Origin: an uncultured archaeon
GTDB lineage: Archaea; Asgardarchaeota; Jordiarchaeia; Jordiarchaeales; Jordiarchaeaceae
Direction of reading: 5' to 3'
Assembly (NCBI GenBank): GCA_964510585.1
Contig: CAZECW010000008.1
Location: forward strand, 1-17,126
Length of the DNA: 17,126 bases
In this document: in pieces, positions 17,010 to 17,126 of the stretch
How positions within the stretch are numbered: the first letter of the stretch is position 1
How the letters are laid out: the number at the start of each line of letters is the position of its first letter
The notes under the pieces: model-generated
What the model was told of the DNA's origin: nothing
Seen by the model: only the letters and a program-made list of their open reading frames with translations
Database searches by the model: none
Made by a program: the position numbers and the translations under genes

Positions 17010-17110
17010 AGTCGGGAGATTCTTGCTTCTGGCTCATCGGGAGCCTTCGAAGCAATGGGTGTGCCATCACCCAGTTAACACGCCCTTCCCTCAAGGGAAC
17101 GGCGTCTATG
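16970..17110 (-). ncRNA. Predicted omegaRNA of the second element (guide about 16989-16970); 5' end uncertain
   Basis: It has the same stem order and pseudoknot as 255-366, with compensatory substitutions. Confidence 0.65.
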
Positions 17111-17126
17111 TTGGCACCCTCATGGG
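16990..17126 (-). mobile_element. Right end of a second IS200/IS605-family element; runs off the right edge
   Basis: The minus strand reads ...GTTAACTGGGTGATGGCACACCCATTG...AAGAATCTCCCGACTTTAGTCGCGGAGAGTGTCAA, nearly identical to the left element's end. Confidence 0.9.

Noticed and set aside
1-17126. CRISPR arrays, tRNA/rRNA, Sec/Pyl recoding
   Set aside because: I saw no regularly spaced repeats, cloverleaf or rRNA-like segments, and no in-frame TGA/TAG interrupting a conserved domain.

Overview
AT-rich archaeal DNA, inferred to be Asgard and possibly Jordarchaeia/Freyarchaeia-like, based on GGAGG/GGTGA ribosome-binding sites, frequent TTG/GTG starts and eukaryote-signature-like genes. Both edges run into right ends of related IS200/IS605-family (TnpB) elements in inverted orientation. 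The left one abuts the 3' part of a RAD55/KaiC-like gene and the right one truncates an SDR gene. The two ends share an omegaRNA-like fold with compensatory base changes and a conserved pseudoknot. Between them lie an acyl-CoA synthetase, an aspartase/class II fumarase, a translationally coupled pair (roadblock/longin-like + wHTH protein and a V4R protein resembling the TRAPP subunit Bet3), a compact HDAC-family deacetylase, two small ORFs missing from the ORF track, a DUF6512-like membrane protein, a three-gene Fe-S operon, a nitroreductase, an enoyl-CoA hydratase, a 1099-aa GH106-like glycosidase and a D-2-hydroxyacid dehydrogenase. The most interesting candidate system is the Bet3-like V4R + roadblock-wHTH pair at 4418-5733. 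All family calls come from motif recognition, not database searches.
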